64,000 nucleotides of DNA from Candidatus Muiribacteriota bacterium (GTDB lineage Bacteria; Muiribacteriota; DAOVTB01), in NCBI GenBank assembly GCA_030633305.1, contig DAOVTB010000001.1, positions 7,258-71,257 on the forward strand, read 5' to 3'. Both the position numbers and the translations under genes were made by a program. Positions 30,163-39,187 of this stretch are shown piece after piece (within the stretch, counting starts at the first letter, position 1; each line of letters starts with the position of its first letter). The notes under the pieces are model-generated. The model did no database searches, was not told where the DNA came from, and saw only the letters and a program-made list of their open reading frames with translations.

Positions 30163-30603
30163 CTATTTTTTAAAAAATGTAAGCATGAAAACGCCGAGTA
30201 TACAGAAAACCACACCTGTTATCTGTACATTTGAAAGCTTCTCTCCAAGAGTAACATATCCTAGTATACTGCCTATTACAGGTGTAAGACAGAATGCTAT
30301 TGCAAGAACTACTGAAATATGACCACTTTTAAGTCCTGTATAAAGAAAAACTATTCCAAGTCCTCCGGCTATCACACCTCCACCAATGGCAATCAAAGAA
30401 ATTGATTTTGTTCCACAGGTTTTCAACTGTTTCCAGTATGGAAACGAAAGAAACGAAAGCAACATCAAAGAAAAGAAAGTCCTTATCGTCGTTCCCATCA
30501 CCGGAGAAAGCTGTCCCAGTTTTACACCTTTTTTTTCAAGTACCGATCCACAGGACCAGCATACCGCAGTCAATACTGCCCAAATTTCTGCTCTCATAAG
30601 CAC
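30163..30603 (-). CDS. EamA-like (DMT superfamily) small membrane transporter, 4 TM
   Basis: 146 aa with four hydrophobic helices, resembling a single EamA domain. Confidence 0.5.
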   Translation of the reverse strand: MLMRAEIWAVLTAVCWSCGSVLEKKGVKLGQLSPVMGTTIRTFFSLMLLSFLSFPYWKQLKTCGTKSISLIAIGGGVIAGGLGIVFLYTGLKSGHISVVLAIAFCLTPVIGSILGYVTLGEKLSNVQITGVVFCILGVFMLTFFKK

Positions 30604-30663
30604 TCCATTTATATTTTTCCTTTTAGAATTATTAATTATTAACCAATATTCTTTTTTTACTTC

Positions 30664-30856
30664 GGACGGGCACAGTCAGACCGTGTCGCAATATACTTCT
30701 ATATCAATTTTGAAGGAAACAACTAAGTTGGCGCAGGGGGCAAAGCAACTTTCATGAACACGAACATCGAGTTCACAAAAGTTCCATGTGACCCCATCTA
30801 TATTGATATTTAAAATTATTTAACATTTTTTCTTTGTGCCTTAGTGCCTTTGTGTG
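30664..30856 (+). repeat. Intergenic structured repeat, copy B
   Basis: About 80% identical to copy A over GTGTCGCAATA...ATCTATATTGATATTT. The helix is GGGGGCA (30736-30742) / TGACCCC (30789-30795) with one G-A mismatch. The inner hairpin is TGAAC-ACGAACATCGA-GTTCA. It is followed by degenerate TTTGTG/TTAGTG repeats (30833-30854). Confidence 0.55.
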
Positions 30857-30875
30857 AGAATATTTTTCTCTTTAT

Positions 30876-32207
30876 TTAAACTATATTCGGGGTTATTCTT
30901 CTTTTTATATGACTTCTGTAGACCATATTTACAGCTGAAAAAAACAATAAAGCTCCGGGATCTATTTTTCCAACATGTTTAACTATTCGTTGGGAAATTG
31001 CAGAAATAGAAAATAGCCTGTCATACAATTTCCAATATTCTCTGGTTAAAATATCTGGTGGAATATTAGTCGGTTTGTGTACTGCAAATGAACCGTTATA
31101 AGAATATATATCATCACAGATTATGCGACCGGCAGCTTTCATTTCCTTATAAAAATCAGTTCCAGGAATCGGCGTCAATATATAAAATCTTGGTGCAATA
31201 ATATAGGATTTTCTAATAAATTCTTCTGTCCTTATTATTGATTCCATTGAATCACCTTCACCACCAAGTACCATTTCAGTAGAAACACAAATTCCCTTCA
31301 TGGCAATTTTTTTTATCTGATCCCTGTAATCAGAAACTCTGGCCCAGCTTTTATTAAGGCTGTTTAACGTAAGCTGGCTTATGGATTCTATTCCAAAACT
31401 CAGTCCCACACATCCACTTTCTTTTACTGCATCAAGAAGTTCATCATTTTCAGATAGCCTGATATCACACTGACCCATCCATTTGATTTTTTCTCTTTTT
31501 AATTCCCGGGTAAGTTGAAACATATATTCTGGTTCTGACATAATGTTATCATCCAGCAGAAGGATTTTACTATATCCAAGTTTTTTAATTTCTCTAACAT
31601 CCCTTAATACATCTTTAACCGGACGCCTGATATATCTTCCGCGATAAACGCAATATACAGAGCAGAAAGAGCAGACATTTGGACATCCTCGACCAGCAAA
31701 AACCGGCATCCAATCGCCAATGCTTTTCTTTGATAACGTCTTATAATCAGGAGCTGGCAAATCAGAAAGATCAGAAAGCGGATTATCATATACTCTTTTC
31801 AATTGTCCCTTTTCATAATCACTGATCAATTGCTTCAAAGACTCTTCCCCATCTCCAACAACAACTGTATCAACATGCTTCAAGCATTCATCTACCATCA
31901 GACTGGCCATGTATCCGCCAAATACTACTTGGGATTCTAAATGGAGCTTTTTGAATTTCAATGCAATATCTATAGCTCTGACGATTGTATGTCCCATAGA
32001 ACTGATCAATATCAATCCATATTTATTCTCAAAAGGTATTTTCTCTATCGTTTCATACACAATATCCACTTTATAATCCGATGGAATTAACGCAGACAGC
32101 AGCACAGGAGCAAGACCTGGTAAATAAAGTTTCTTCTGAGTGATAGGTTCAAAAGTCCCCGTCGCATATGGAGAAGGTTGAATAATTAAAATTCGTTTAT
32201 TAATCAT
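30876..32207 (-). CDS. B12-binding domain radical SAM protein
   Basis: 443 aa. The N-terminal region is B12-binding-like. The CxxxCxxC motif is GCPNVCSFCSV. The C-terminal region is helical. Confidence 0.75.
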   Translation of the reverse strand: MINKRILIIQPSPYATGTFEPITQKKLYLPGLAPVLLSALIPSDYKVDIVYETIEKIPFENKYGLILISSMGHTIVRAIDIALKFKKLHLESQVVFGGYMASLMVDECLKHVDTVVVGDGEESLKQLISDYEKGQLKRVYDNPLSDLSDLPAPDYKTLSKKSIGDWMPVFAGRGCPNVCSFCSVYCVYRGRYIRRPVKDVLRDVREIKKLGYSKILLLDDNIMSEPEYMFQLTRELKREKIKWMGQCDIRLSENDELLDAVKESGCVGLSFGIESISQLTLNSLNKSWARVSDYRDQIKKIAMKGICVSTEMVLGGEGDSMESIIRTEEFIRKSYIIAPRFYILTPIPGTDFYKEMKAAGRIICDDIYSYNGSFAVHKPTNIPPDILTREYWKLYDRLFSISAISQRIVKHVGKIDPGALLFFSAVNMVYRSHIKRRITPNIV

Positions 32208-33566
32208 CGTGTAAATATGTATCCCAAATCATGTTTATATACCTTAGAAGAAGTTTGAAAGACTTTGCATATGTAGACATACAAACCTCTAAACCATATT
32301 TACGAATTTTATGTATCGGTCGTGATGTACCCGTCCAGTAGAAGTCAAGATACGTCAACAAAATCTGAATATAAAACTGTGACGGTGTCATGTGATCAGG
32401 TCTTACAACCTGATGTGAAAAGTCCCATTTTACGTAATCCTTTTCATCAACAAAAATTCTGTCCTTCATCGTCTCATATTGTGGTGTTTTCCTAAAGGGA
32501 ATATAAGGCTGAATATTAACAAAATCAAATCGAGCTTTTTTTAGGAATCGTTTTAAATCAGAAAAATCCGTACGAGTCATATCAGGTTTTACAATTATGC
32601 TTGCAAAAAAATCGAGGTCATATTTTTTAAGAATTTCAGAAGCTTTAATTGCATCATCCGGAGTAAACGATTTTCCATATTCTTTCAAATCCTTTATTCG
32701 ATGTGATTCAACCCCTATTAAGAATCCCGTAAATCCAATTTCACTTAATTTTCTGATTATATCCTCATTTTCAAGAATAAAATCTATTCGAGCATAGGAA
32801 AGAAACCTCTTTTTAATCCCTGACTCCTTGATTTTTGTAATAAATTCTTCCAGTCGTGCCGGATTCATCAGAAAATTATCGTCAATAATGAAAATATTGG
32901 ATTCCTGAATTTCAGAAATTTCTTCAATGATTTCATCAATAGGAAGCAGAATAAGATGCCCACCACTTATTTGCCATCGAATACAGAACGAACATTTATA
33001 CGGACACCCATAAGAAGTCCTTAACAAGGCTGCTGGTTTTAAAAGAAAATAACTATAATGTTTTCGCCACCTCTGCGTACTTTCCCTTGTTGCCTTTAAT
33101 TTAAAGCATCCGTCTTTTTTTCAGGGAGATTAAAATCATACTTTCTGACTTCATCAATTTTCCCTTCACCAATAAGACTTATGACCTTATTAAAACTTAC
33201 CAGAGCAAATCTCTTAACCACAATGTCAATAAAAGGAGTTTCAAAATCCTCTGGACACCACTCCGCATGAATACCACCAACTAAAATATGAGTTTTGGGC
33301 GATATTCGCTTAATTTTTTCTGCCAGACCTTTTATAATATCAACATGGATTACATATCCGGAAAAGCAGACGATATCCACTTTTTTCAAATCTTCAATTA
33401 TCTTTTCAACAGGTGTTTTAACAATCTGGAAATCCACAATTATTACATTATGGTCTTTTTCCAGGACTGAATACAAGTATTCCAATTCAAAAGGTTCAGT
33501 AATATAGACATCTGAAAGTGAAACACATTTTTTTGGAGTAGCCGGTCTTATCAGAACAATATTCAT
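32200..33566 (-). pseudogene. B12-binding radical SAM gene disrupted by a frameshift (ORFs 33096-33566 and 32200-33120 overlap)
   Basis: The upstream ORF (B12-binding domain, 156 aa) stops at 33096. The radical-SAM frame (…WRKHYSYFLLKPAALLRTSYGCPYKCSFC…) is open from 33120. The two frames overlap by 25 nt, next to a 7-T homopolymer (33115-33121). This could be a genuine frameshift or a sequencing error. Confidence 0.5.
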
Positions 33567-33572
33567 ATAAAC

Positions 33573-34262
33573 CTATTTATTTTTTTTAATTTTAATCAAA
33601 CTTAAACTGGCTTTTTTCAAAATATCAGATAGTTCTTTTTTTAAACTCTTGGAAAGATTTCCTGTTTCAGGTATTATTTTTTGAAGATCAGACACTGCTT
33701 TTAAAAAATCTGAATCATTATCATCTTTTAAATCATTTTCATCAAAAAAAGGTACATTATCAATATCCAGAGCCTTCTTATTTTCCTCATTGAGATTATC
33801 CAGTTTTTTCTTGTTTAATATAGACCTGTCAATTCGAACTTTTCCAAGCCCCGGAACAATAGATTCCGGATAATCTGTCAAAGCTTTTTCCAATTCAGGA
33901 GTTACAGGAGTCATACTGGTGACTTTTCCATTTTCATTCATAATCGTAACATATACCTCATCACCCTTCTCAGGATAAAAATACAACATTCCTCCTTCGG
34001 AAGGTTTTCCTCCAGGAGAATAACAATATCCACTGATATTACTGAAAGCCTTATCCTTTCCATAAGACTTCCTCACTTTGAAAATAACATTTTTTTCAAT
34101 ATAAACATCGTTTGCACTGATTACTTTTACAGATACAACTGTTGCAATAACTTTAACTTTAGAATTTTCTATCTTTTCCTTATAATGATTTGGCCCTAAA
34201 ACCCCATAAACAGTTGAAACTATAAGAAATATGGCTAATGAAACTGTAATCAATTTAAACAT
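33573..34262 (-). CDS. Hypothetical secreted protein
   Basis: 229 aa with signal peptide MFKLITVSLAIFLIVSTVYG. The C-terminus is Lys/Asp-rich and low-complexity. Confidence 0.45.
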   Translation of the reverse strand: MFKLITVSLAIFLIVSTVYGVLGPNHYKEKIENSKVKVIATVVSVKVISANDVYIEKNVIFKVRKSYGKDKAFSNISGYCYSPGGKPSEGGMLYFYPEKGDEVYVTIMNENGKVTSMTPVTPELEKALTDYPESIVPGLGKVRIDRSILNKKKLDNLNEENKKALDIDNVPFFDENDLKDDNDSDFLKAVSDLQKIIPETGNLSKSLKKELSDILKKASLSLIKIKKNK

Positions 34263-34336
34263 ATCTATCGCTCCTTGAAAAAATTTAATTTTTTAGAATT
34301 TTACTATTACAACGGGATAAAGTCAATATTACGACT

Positions 34337-35431
34337 CTACTCAAATTTATCATAAAAGACACGATCAGATGGAATTCCTTTTTTATCAAAATATTCCATT
34401 ATCCCGTTTATCATCTTTGGAGCACCACACAGGTAAAACTCAGACTCAGATATCTTTTGAAAGTCATCTTCAAGAACCTTGGTTATTCTAGCGCGTTCAC
34501 CACTATCAAATGATTCTGTTTCCGGAATATCTGACACAACAAGCTTATATGAAAAATTGGCATATTTTTCTTTCCATTGAGATAGCTGTTCCAGATAATA
34601 AAACTCTTCTTCAAGTTTTACCTTAAAATATACAAGACATTTTCGATCAATGTTATCCTGAAAAATCTGATGGAGAATCGAGTTTATCGGTGCAAGACCT
34701 ACGCCACCCGCAACAAATACAGCCTGTCGATTGGAACCAGTCAATAAAAAATCACCATAGGGTCCTGATATATTTACAGTATCGCCAACCTTTAATTTAT
34801 GTAAATATGTCGAGCCAATACCTTTATCTTCCAATTTAATATTCAGGAACAATGATTTACAATTTCCAGGATGTGAGGATATTGAATAAGACCTGTATAC
34901 GGTTTCACCAACTGAAGGAACCATTACCTGTATATATTGACCCGCTTTAAACTCTATTGAATCTGGCTCAATCATTTCAAGTTCTATTTCCTTAATGTCA
35001 GCAGCAATGGTTTCGGTTTTAGCTACTCTGCAATGGAATTCCTTGATCATGAAATACTCTTCAGGCATCCATACAGACATATTTTTTTTTACTTTTATCT
35101 GACATGCTAATCTCCAACCGGCATTGACATCCTTTTCAGCCATGACAATCTCTTCGGTCGGAAGCAAAGGGATATCTTCATCAGGAAGCTTCACCATACA
35201 GTAACCACAAGTTCCTTTCCCACCGCAAGCCGAAGGAATAAAATATTTTTTTTCAAAAAGAGAACTCATTAAAGAATTACCACCTTCTACAACTACTTGC
35301 TTGTCATCATTAATGGTAATAGTACATTCGCCGTAATTAGATAATAACTTATCTGCAATAACTATAATCACTCCAAGTGCCGTTGATATTCCCAGGCTTA
35401 CCAGGAAAGTAGTTAAATATATTGACATCAC
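34337..35431 (-). CDS. nqrF: Na+-translocating NADH:quinone oxidoreductase subunit F (2Fe-2S ferredoxin + FAD/NAD oxidoreductase)
   Basis: 364 aa. N-terminal TM; ITINDD...SACGGKGTCGYCMVKL...LPTE...RLACQIKV matches the NqrF plant-type 2Fe-2S domain. The RSYS FAD motif and an FNR-like C-terminus are present. Confidence 0.85.
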   Translation of the reverse strand: MMSIYLTTFLVSLGISTALGVIIVIADKLLSNYGECTITINDDKQVVVEGGNSLMSSLFEKKYFIPSACGGKGTCGYCMVKLPDEDIPLLPTEEIVMAEKDVNAGWRLACQIKVKKNMSVWMPEEYFMIKEFHCRVAKTETIAADIKEIELEMIEPDSIEFKAGQYIQVMVPSVGETVYRSYSISSHPGNCKSLFLNIKLEDKGIGSTYLHKLKVGDTVNISGPYGDFLLTGSNRQAVFVAGGVGLAPINSILHQIFQDNIDRKCLVYFKVKLEEEFYYLEQLSQWKEKYANFSYKLVVSDIPETESFDSGERARITKVLEDDFQKISESEFYLCGAPKMINGIMEYFDKKGIPSDRVFYDKFE

Positions 35432-36012
35432 ATAACTCCTGCCAGACCTGTAAAAGCCATAGCCATTATGCCAGCTGTTATCATTGTTATTGCAGGACCT
35501 TCAAGACCTGGTGGTAATTTGGAAGTATTAATTCTTGAGCGAACACCACTCATTGCCAATAACGCTATTGCCCATCCCATTCCTGATCCAAAACCATAAC
35601 CCAGAGTATTCAAAAAGGAATATTTTCTCAATACCATAAATAAGCTGGCTCCGAGGATCGCACAGTTTACAGTAATCAGCGGAAGAAATATCCCCATAGC
35701 TGCATAAAGGACTGGCGAAACCCTGTCAATGAAAAGTTCAAGAATCTGTACAATAACGGCAATACTCGCTATAAAACATAGAAGTTGTAAATGTTCTGTC
35801 CCTGTAGGCACAAGAATCTGCCAGTAAATAATCCAATTAATACAACAGGTAACAGTCATAACAAAGACTACTGCCGCACCCATTCCAAAAGCGGTTGCTG
35901 GACTTTTTGACATTGCAATAAACGGACACATGCCGAGAAAATAAGTAAGAGCAATATTTCCTGTAAAAACTGCTGCAAAAGTAATTTTTAGAAAATCAGA
36001 AAAATCAGACAT
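35428..36012 (-). CDS. nqrE: NQR subunit E
   Basis: 194 aa. FLGMCPFIAMSK ... GIFLPLITVNCAILG ... GFGSGMGWAIALLAMSGVR ... LPPGLEGPAITMITAGIMAMAF closely matches NqrE. Confidence 0.85.
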   Translation of the reverse strand: MSDFSDFLKITFAAVFTGNIALTYFLGMCPFIAMSKSPATAFGMGAAVVFVMTVTCCINWIIYWQILVPTGTEHLQLLCFIASIAVIVQILELFIDRVSPVLYAAMGIFLPLITVNCAILGASLFMVLRKYSFLNTLGYGFGSGMGWAIALLAMSGVRSRINTSKLPPGLEGPAITMITAGIMAMAFTGLAGVM

Positions 36013-36647
36013 TACTTTTCCCTCCCGACTTCATCTACATTTACAGAAACTCTATGATACATCCAATATCTGGCAATCCAAACTACTATTCCCAGAGTAA
36101 AAAATGCTCCAGGAGCCATAATCATAATCATCATTCTAGGTACTTGTACAGGTATTATCAAATATCCAAGCAAAGTCCCAAAACCCAGCAATTCACGTAT
36201 CACGGAAATGAATATCAGGATGATGCCATATCCAATGGCAACGCCAGCTCCATCGATAATTGAAAGTATGACCTTGTTATTTGATGCAAAGGCCTCAGCT
36301 CTTCCCATTATTATACAGTTTGTAATAATCAATCCAACATAAGGGCCAAGAGCTTTACTTATATCAGGAAACATCGCTTTTAACAAAAGATCTACAACCA
36401 TTACAAACGTTGCTATAATGGTCACATAAACGACCATCCTGACTTTCTTGGGAATCCAGTCTCTGATAAGTGATATCAACGCAGAAGATGTAGCTGTTAC
36501 AAATATAACTGCCAAAGTCATTGTAAGTGTATTTATAACAGAATTAGTGACTGCAAGTGCAGAACATATACCAAGTATCATCTTGAAAATCGGATTTTCA
36601 TCAATAAGTCCGAATCTAAATGTTTCCCAGTACTTGTTTTTCTTCAT
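36012..36647 (-). CDS. nqrD: NQR subunit D (start moved to internal MKKNKY..., giving ATGA overlap with nqrC)
   Basis: ENPIFKMILGICSALAVT ... GLIITNCIIMGRAEAFA matches NqrD/RnfE. The ORF-track start at 36692 would overlap nqrC by 49 nt. Confidence 0.75.
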   Translation of the reverse strand: MKKNKYWETFRFGLIDENPIFKMILGICSALAVTNSVINTLTMTLAVIFVTATSSALISLIRDWIPKKVRMVVYVTIIATFVMVVDLLLKAMFPDISKALGPYVGLIITNCIIMGRAEAFASNNKVILSIIDGAGVAIGYGIILIFISVIRELLGFGTLLGYLIIPVQVPRMMIMIMAPGAFFTLGIVVWIARYWMYHRVSVNVDEVGREK

Positions 36648-37264
36648 TGAGCCATTCCTGAAGGATACTTCTTTTTTAGAGATGCAATACAATTCGAAAG
36701 TGATTCCTGTAGAAATTTACAAGTCATTGATGCACCTGTTATTCCATCAATTTCCATTTCAGTTTTCTTACTACGTCCAATAACGATTTGAGGATTACCC
36801 TTTTTGAGAGAAAAACCAGAAAACTGATCTGTAAACCATTTTTCTTCAATTCTCCCTCCAAGTCCAGGTGTCTCTTTTTGCTGTATGATCTGTAAACCAA
36901 GTAATTTGTCACATAAAAAAACATTCTTAATTAATCCAGGTCTTACACATATTACTGTATATATCTGATCCCACAAACCTGATCCTGAAAAAACAACTGC
37001 AGAAAATGATTCATCTCGAAAATCAATTATTTTAAAATCTTTGGATTCGATTATTTTACCTTTTGAGAAAAAATTCAGAAGTTCTTTTTCAGATGACATG
37101 TCTTTTAAATCTGCAGAAATACATATCTTTCTGGCTAATTCAATTTTATCATGATTATTTCTGATATCTTTTGTAGTTTCTGCAACCATAGTAAGCAGCA
37201 TTGAGCTAAAGGTCATAACAAGAACAAGGAAAAACAAAGATTTTATACCAGATGATTTCTTCAT
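36644..37264 (-). CDS. nqrC: NQR subunit C (FMN-binding)
   Basis: 206 aa. N-terminal TM. ETPGLGGRI and the FMN-attachment-like GITGASMT motif are present. Confidence 0.7.
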   Translation of the reverse strand: MKKSSGIKSLFFLVLVMTFSSMLLTMVAETTKDIRNNHDKIELARKICISADLKDMSSEKELLNFFSKGKIIESKDFKIIDFRDESFSAVVFSGSGLWDQIYTVICVRPGLIKNVFLCDKLLGLQIIQQKETPGLGGRIEEKWFTDQFSGFSLKKGNPQIVIGRSKKTEMEIDGITGASMTCKFLQESLSNCIASLKKKYPSGMAQ

Positions 37265-38232
37265 ATTTTCTCCTTATTTTTTATAAGCTTACCGGAAAAA
37301 TAAAGATCAAAAAGTGGTGAAAACATATTTACCAGAAGCAGGCTGAACATAAAGCCCTCAGGAAAGGTTGAAAAACTTCTTATAATCAGAACTAAAAAAC
37401 CCAGCATGACACCAGACAGGATCTGGCTTTTTTTCTGTCTCGGAGAGGTTACAGGATCTGTACAGAAAAGCGCAGCTCCGGCAAGTATACCACCAGTTGC
37501 CAATTGAAGATGAGGTGCAAGTATTACCGTTGGAGCAGCTAACCAGCCAACAAGCGAAAACACTGTCAATGAAATCAAGAACGCATATGAAAAAGTGAAT
37601 TTAGCTACTTTTTTGTATTGCATATATATTATTATCAGTATAAATAAAATTGCTGAAGTCTCACAAACAGATCCTCCACATTTTCCAAGCAGTGAATCAA
37701 TAAAATCTGGCGTAGTTCCCGTTGCGCGAAAAGACATCAACGGTGTCGCCCCGGTAGCAACGTCAGTTACCCACGAAGAAAGTCCGCCATAAATACTTTG
37801 TGGAAGTTTCCAGTTAGATGTAAAATACAAAGGAAACGCAAGAGTAATAAATACTCGACCGACAATGGCAGGATTAAACATATTTGCTCCGAAACCACCA
37901 AAAACTTCCTTTGCAAAAAACTGTCCAAATGCAGCAGCAATCACAACTGCAACAAGTGGTAAATGCACTGGTAAACAAAAAGATGTAAGAATCCCTGTTA
38001 TCCAGAAGCTCTGATCCATCCTAAGGCCTCTTGCAATAGAAAAAGAAAGGGCTACAAGAAAGGAACCCAGCCAACCGCACAATGTCATTGCAATTACCTT
38101 ATAACCAAAGACTAAAGTGCCAAATACCATTACCAGAAAAATTACAGGAAGTAATTTTTTATATAATGGATTCAACGGTTTTCCGTCTTGATAAAAAGGT
38201 GATAACAGTATAGGATGTTTTATTTTCAACAT
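37261..38232 (-). CDS. nqrB: NqrB/RnfD-family membrane subunit (short, 323 aa)
   Basis: Polytopic membrane protein with TGATPLMS (FMN-Thr motif region) and GGSVCETSAILF. It is shorter than canonical NqrB (about 410 aa), closer to RnfD size. Confidence 0.65.
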   Translation of the reverse strand: MLKIKHPILLSPFYQDGKPLNPLYKKLLPVIFLVMVFGTLVFGYKVIAMTLCGWLGSFLVALSFSIARGLRMDQSFWITGILTSFCLPVHLPLVAVVIAAAFGQFFAKEVFGGFGANMFNPAIVGRVFITLAFPLYFTSNWKLPQSIYGGLSSWVTDVATGATPLMSFRATGTTPDFIDSLLGKCGGSVCETSAILFILIIIYMQYKKVAKFTFSYAFLISLTVFSLVGWLAAPTVILAPHLQLATGGILAGAALFCTDPVTSPRQKKSQILSGVMLGFLVLIIRSFSTFPEGFMFSLLLVNMFSPLFDLYFSGKLIKNKEKI

Positions 38233-38308
38233 ATTATATTCTCAATAAAATTTCAGATATGCAGTATATCAGTTTGATATCTATATTTCAAACTGTTAAT
38301 CCAAATCA

Positions 38309-38346
38309 CCGACAAAAAGAAAATCCTCCCGAACTAGGAGAGGATT
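38309..38346 (-). terminator. Possible intrinsic terminator (AATCCTC / GAGGATT hairpin followed by a T-rich tract on the minus strand)
   Basis: Stem 38322-38328/38340-38346 with an 11-nt loop. On the minus strand it is followed by TTCTTTTTGTCGG. Confidence 0.3.
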
Positions 38347-38496
38347 GAGTATGAGGATCGTTTTAACCAAAAAACCTTATACTCATATATCGTCATTAAA
38401 AACTTAAACTTTAGCCTGAATAATGTTAAAAATAAAATAAAAAAATAATATAATCTGGGCTGATTGATTATTTGGAATTCAAATGTGTTTGAATAA

Positions 38497-38670
38497 GGTT
38501 ATACCTGAGTTGAGCGATTCTTTGAAAGCATCTGCACAAATCTCTTTGCCACTAAGATTTTCCAAAAAGCCTCGACGTACCCGTGGGGTATGCCTACATT
38601 TTTTGAAAAACTTATTGTCTAAAGATATTTGTATATCTGAATTCCAAAGAATCGCTCAGCTCAGGTTATA
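38497..38670. mobile_element. MITE-like element: 27-bp near-perfect terminal inverted repeats flanking about 120 bp
   Basis: Left arm GGTTATACCTGAGTTGAGCGATTCTTTG (38497-38524). Right arm CAAAGAATCGCTCAGCTCAGGTTATA (38645-38670), 25/27 complementary. The right arm overlaps the stop of gene 38666-39145. The 62-aa ORF inside (38483-38671) is probably spurious. Confidence 0.4.
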
Positions 38671-39145
38671 GTTTGATTTTTTCAAGCCATTTTATGACAT
38701 CATCAGTTAAAACCCTGTTCGTACTGATTATGGCTAGATTTAAACTTATGATTTCAGGAAATTTACGTACTTCTATAATCCTGTTTGGACTGGATAATTT
38801 CCGAACCCAGTGATCTTTTTTTAATTCTTCATCAAAGAAAAAAATAACAAGCTCAATCTTTCCAGCAGCGGGAAATCTGTTCACCGGACTAAGATTCCAT
38901 TTTTTCTTTATCCAACAATCACGCAGATTTTCTCCATTTGCATACATATTACTTAAATAACTTTGATGATCTTCTACAACTCCAAGTTCAGGATAATTCC
39001 TTTCAAGTTCCCTGTTAAGGGCATGCTCGATCAAATACATGGTCTTTAAACAAGTAGATTCAAATTTATTTGGTAATTTTCCATAACCATGAAAAATACA
39101 GATATTTAAAATTACTAAAACAAAAAATATTCGTTTAATATTCAT
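38666..39145 (-). CDS. Hypothetical secreted protein
   Basis: 159 aa with signal peptide MNIKRIFFVLVILNICIFHGYG. Confidence 0.45.
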   Translation of the reverse strand: MNIKRIFFVLVILNICIFHGYGKLPNKFESTCLKTMYLIEHALNRELERNYPELGVVEDHQSYLSNMYANGENLRDCWIKKKWNLSPVNRFPAAGKIELVIFFFDEELKKDHWVRKLSSPNRIIEVRKFPEIISLNLAIISTNRVLTDDVIKWLEKIKL

Positions 39146-39187
39146 ATTATGTAATAATACACTTTAAATATTGAATTTTCAAGAGTA

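Noticed and set aside
34337-38232. Considered calling the five-gene redox cluster Rnf (rnfDGEA + ferredoxin)
   Set aside because: The last gene has an NqrF-type 2Fe-2S + FAD/NAD architecture with a near-exact match to the NqrF N-terminal motif. It is not an RnfB-type poly-4Fe-4S ferredoxin, and no rnfC-like gene is present.
38483-38671. 62-aa + strand ORF
   Set aside because: It lies inside the inverted-repeat-bounded element. No RBS, and it is terminated within the right IR arm.
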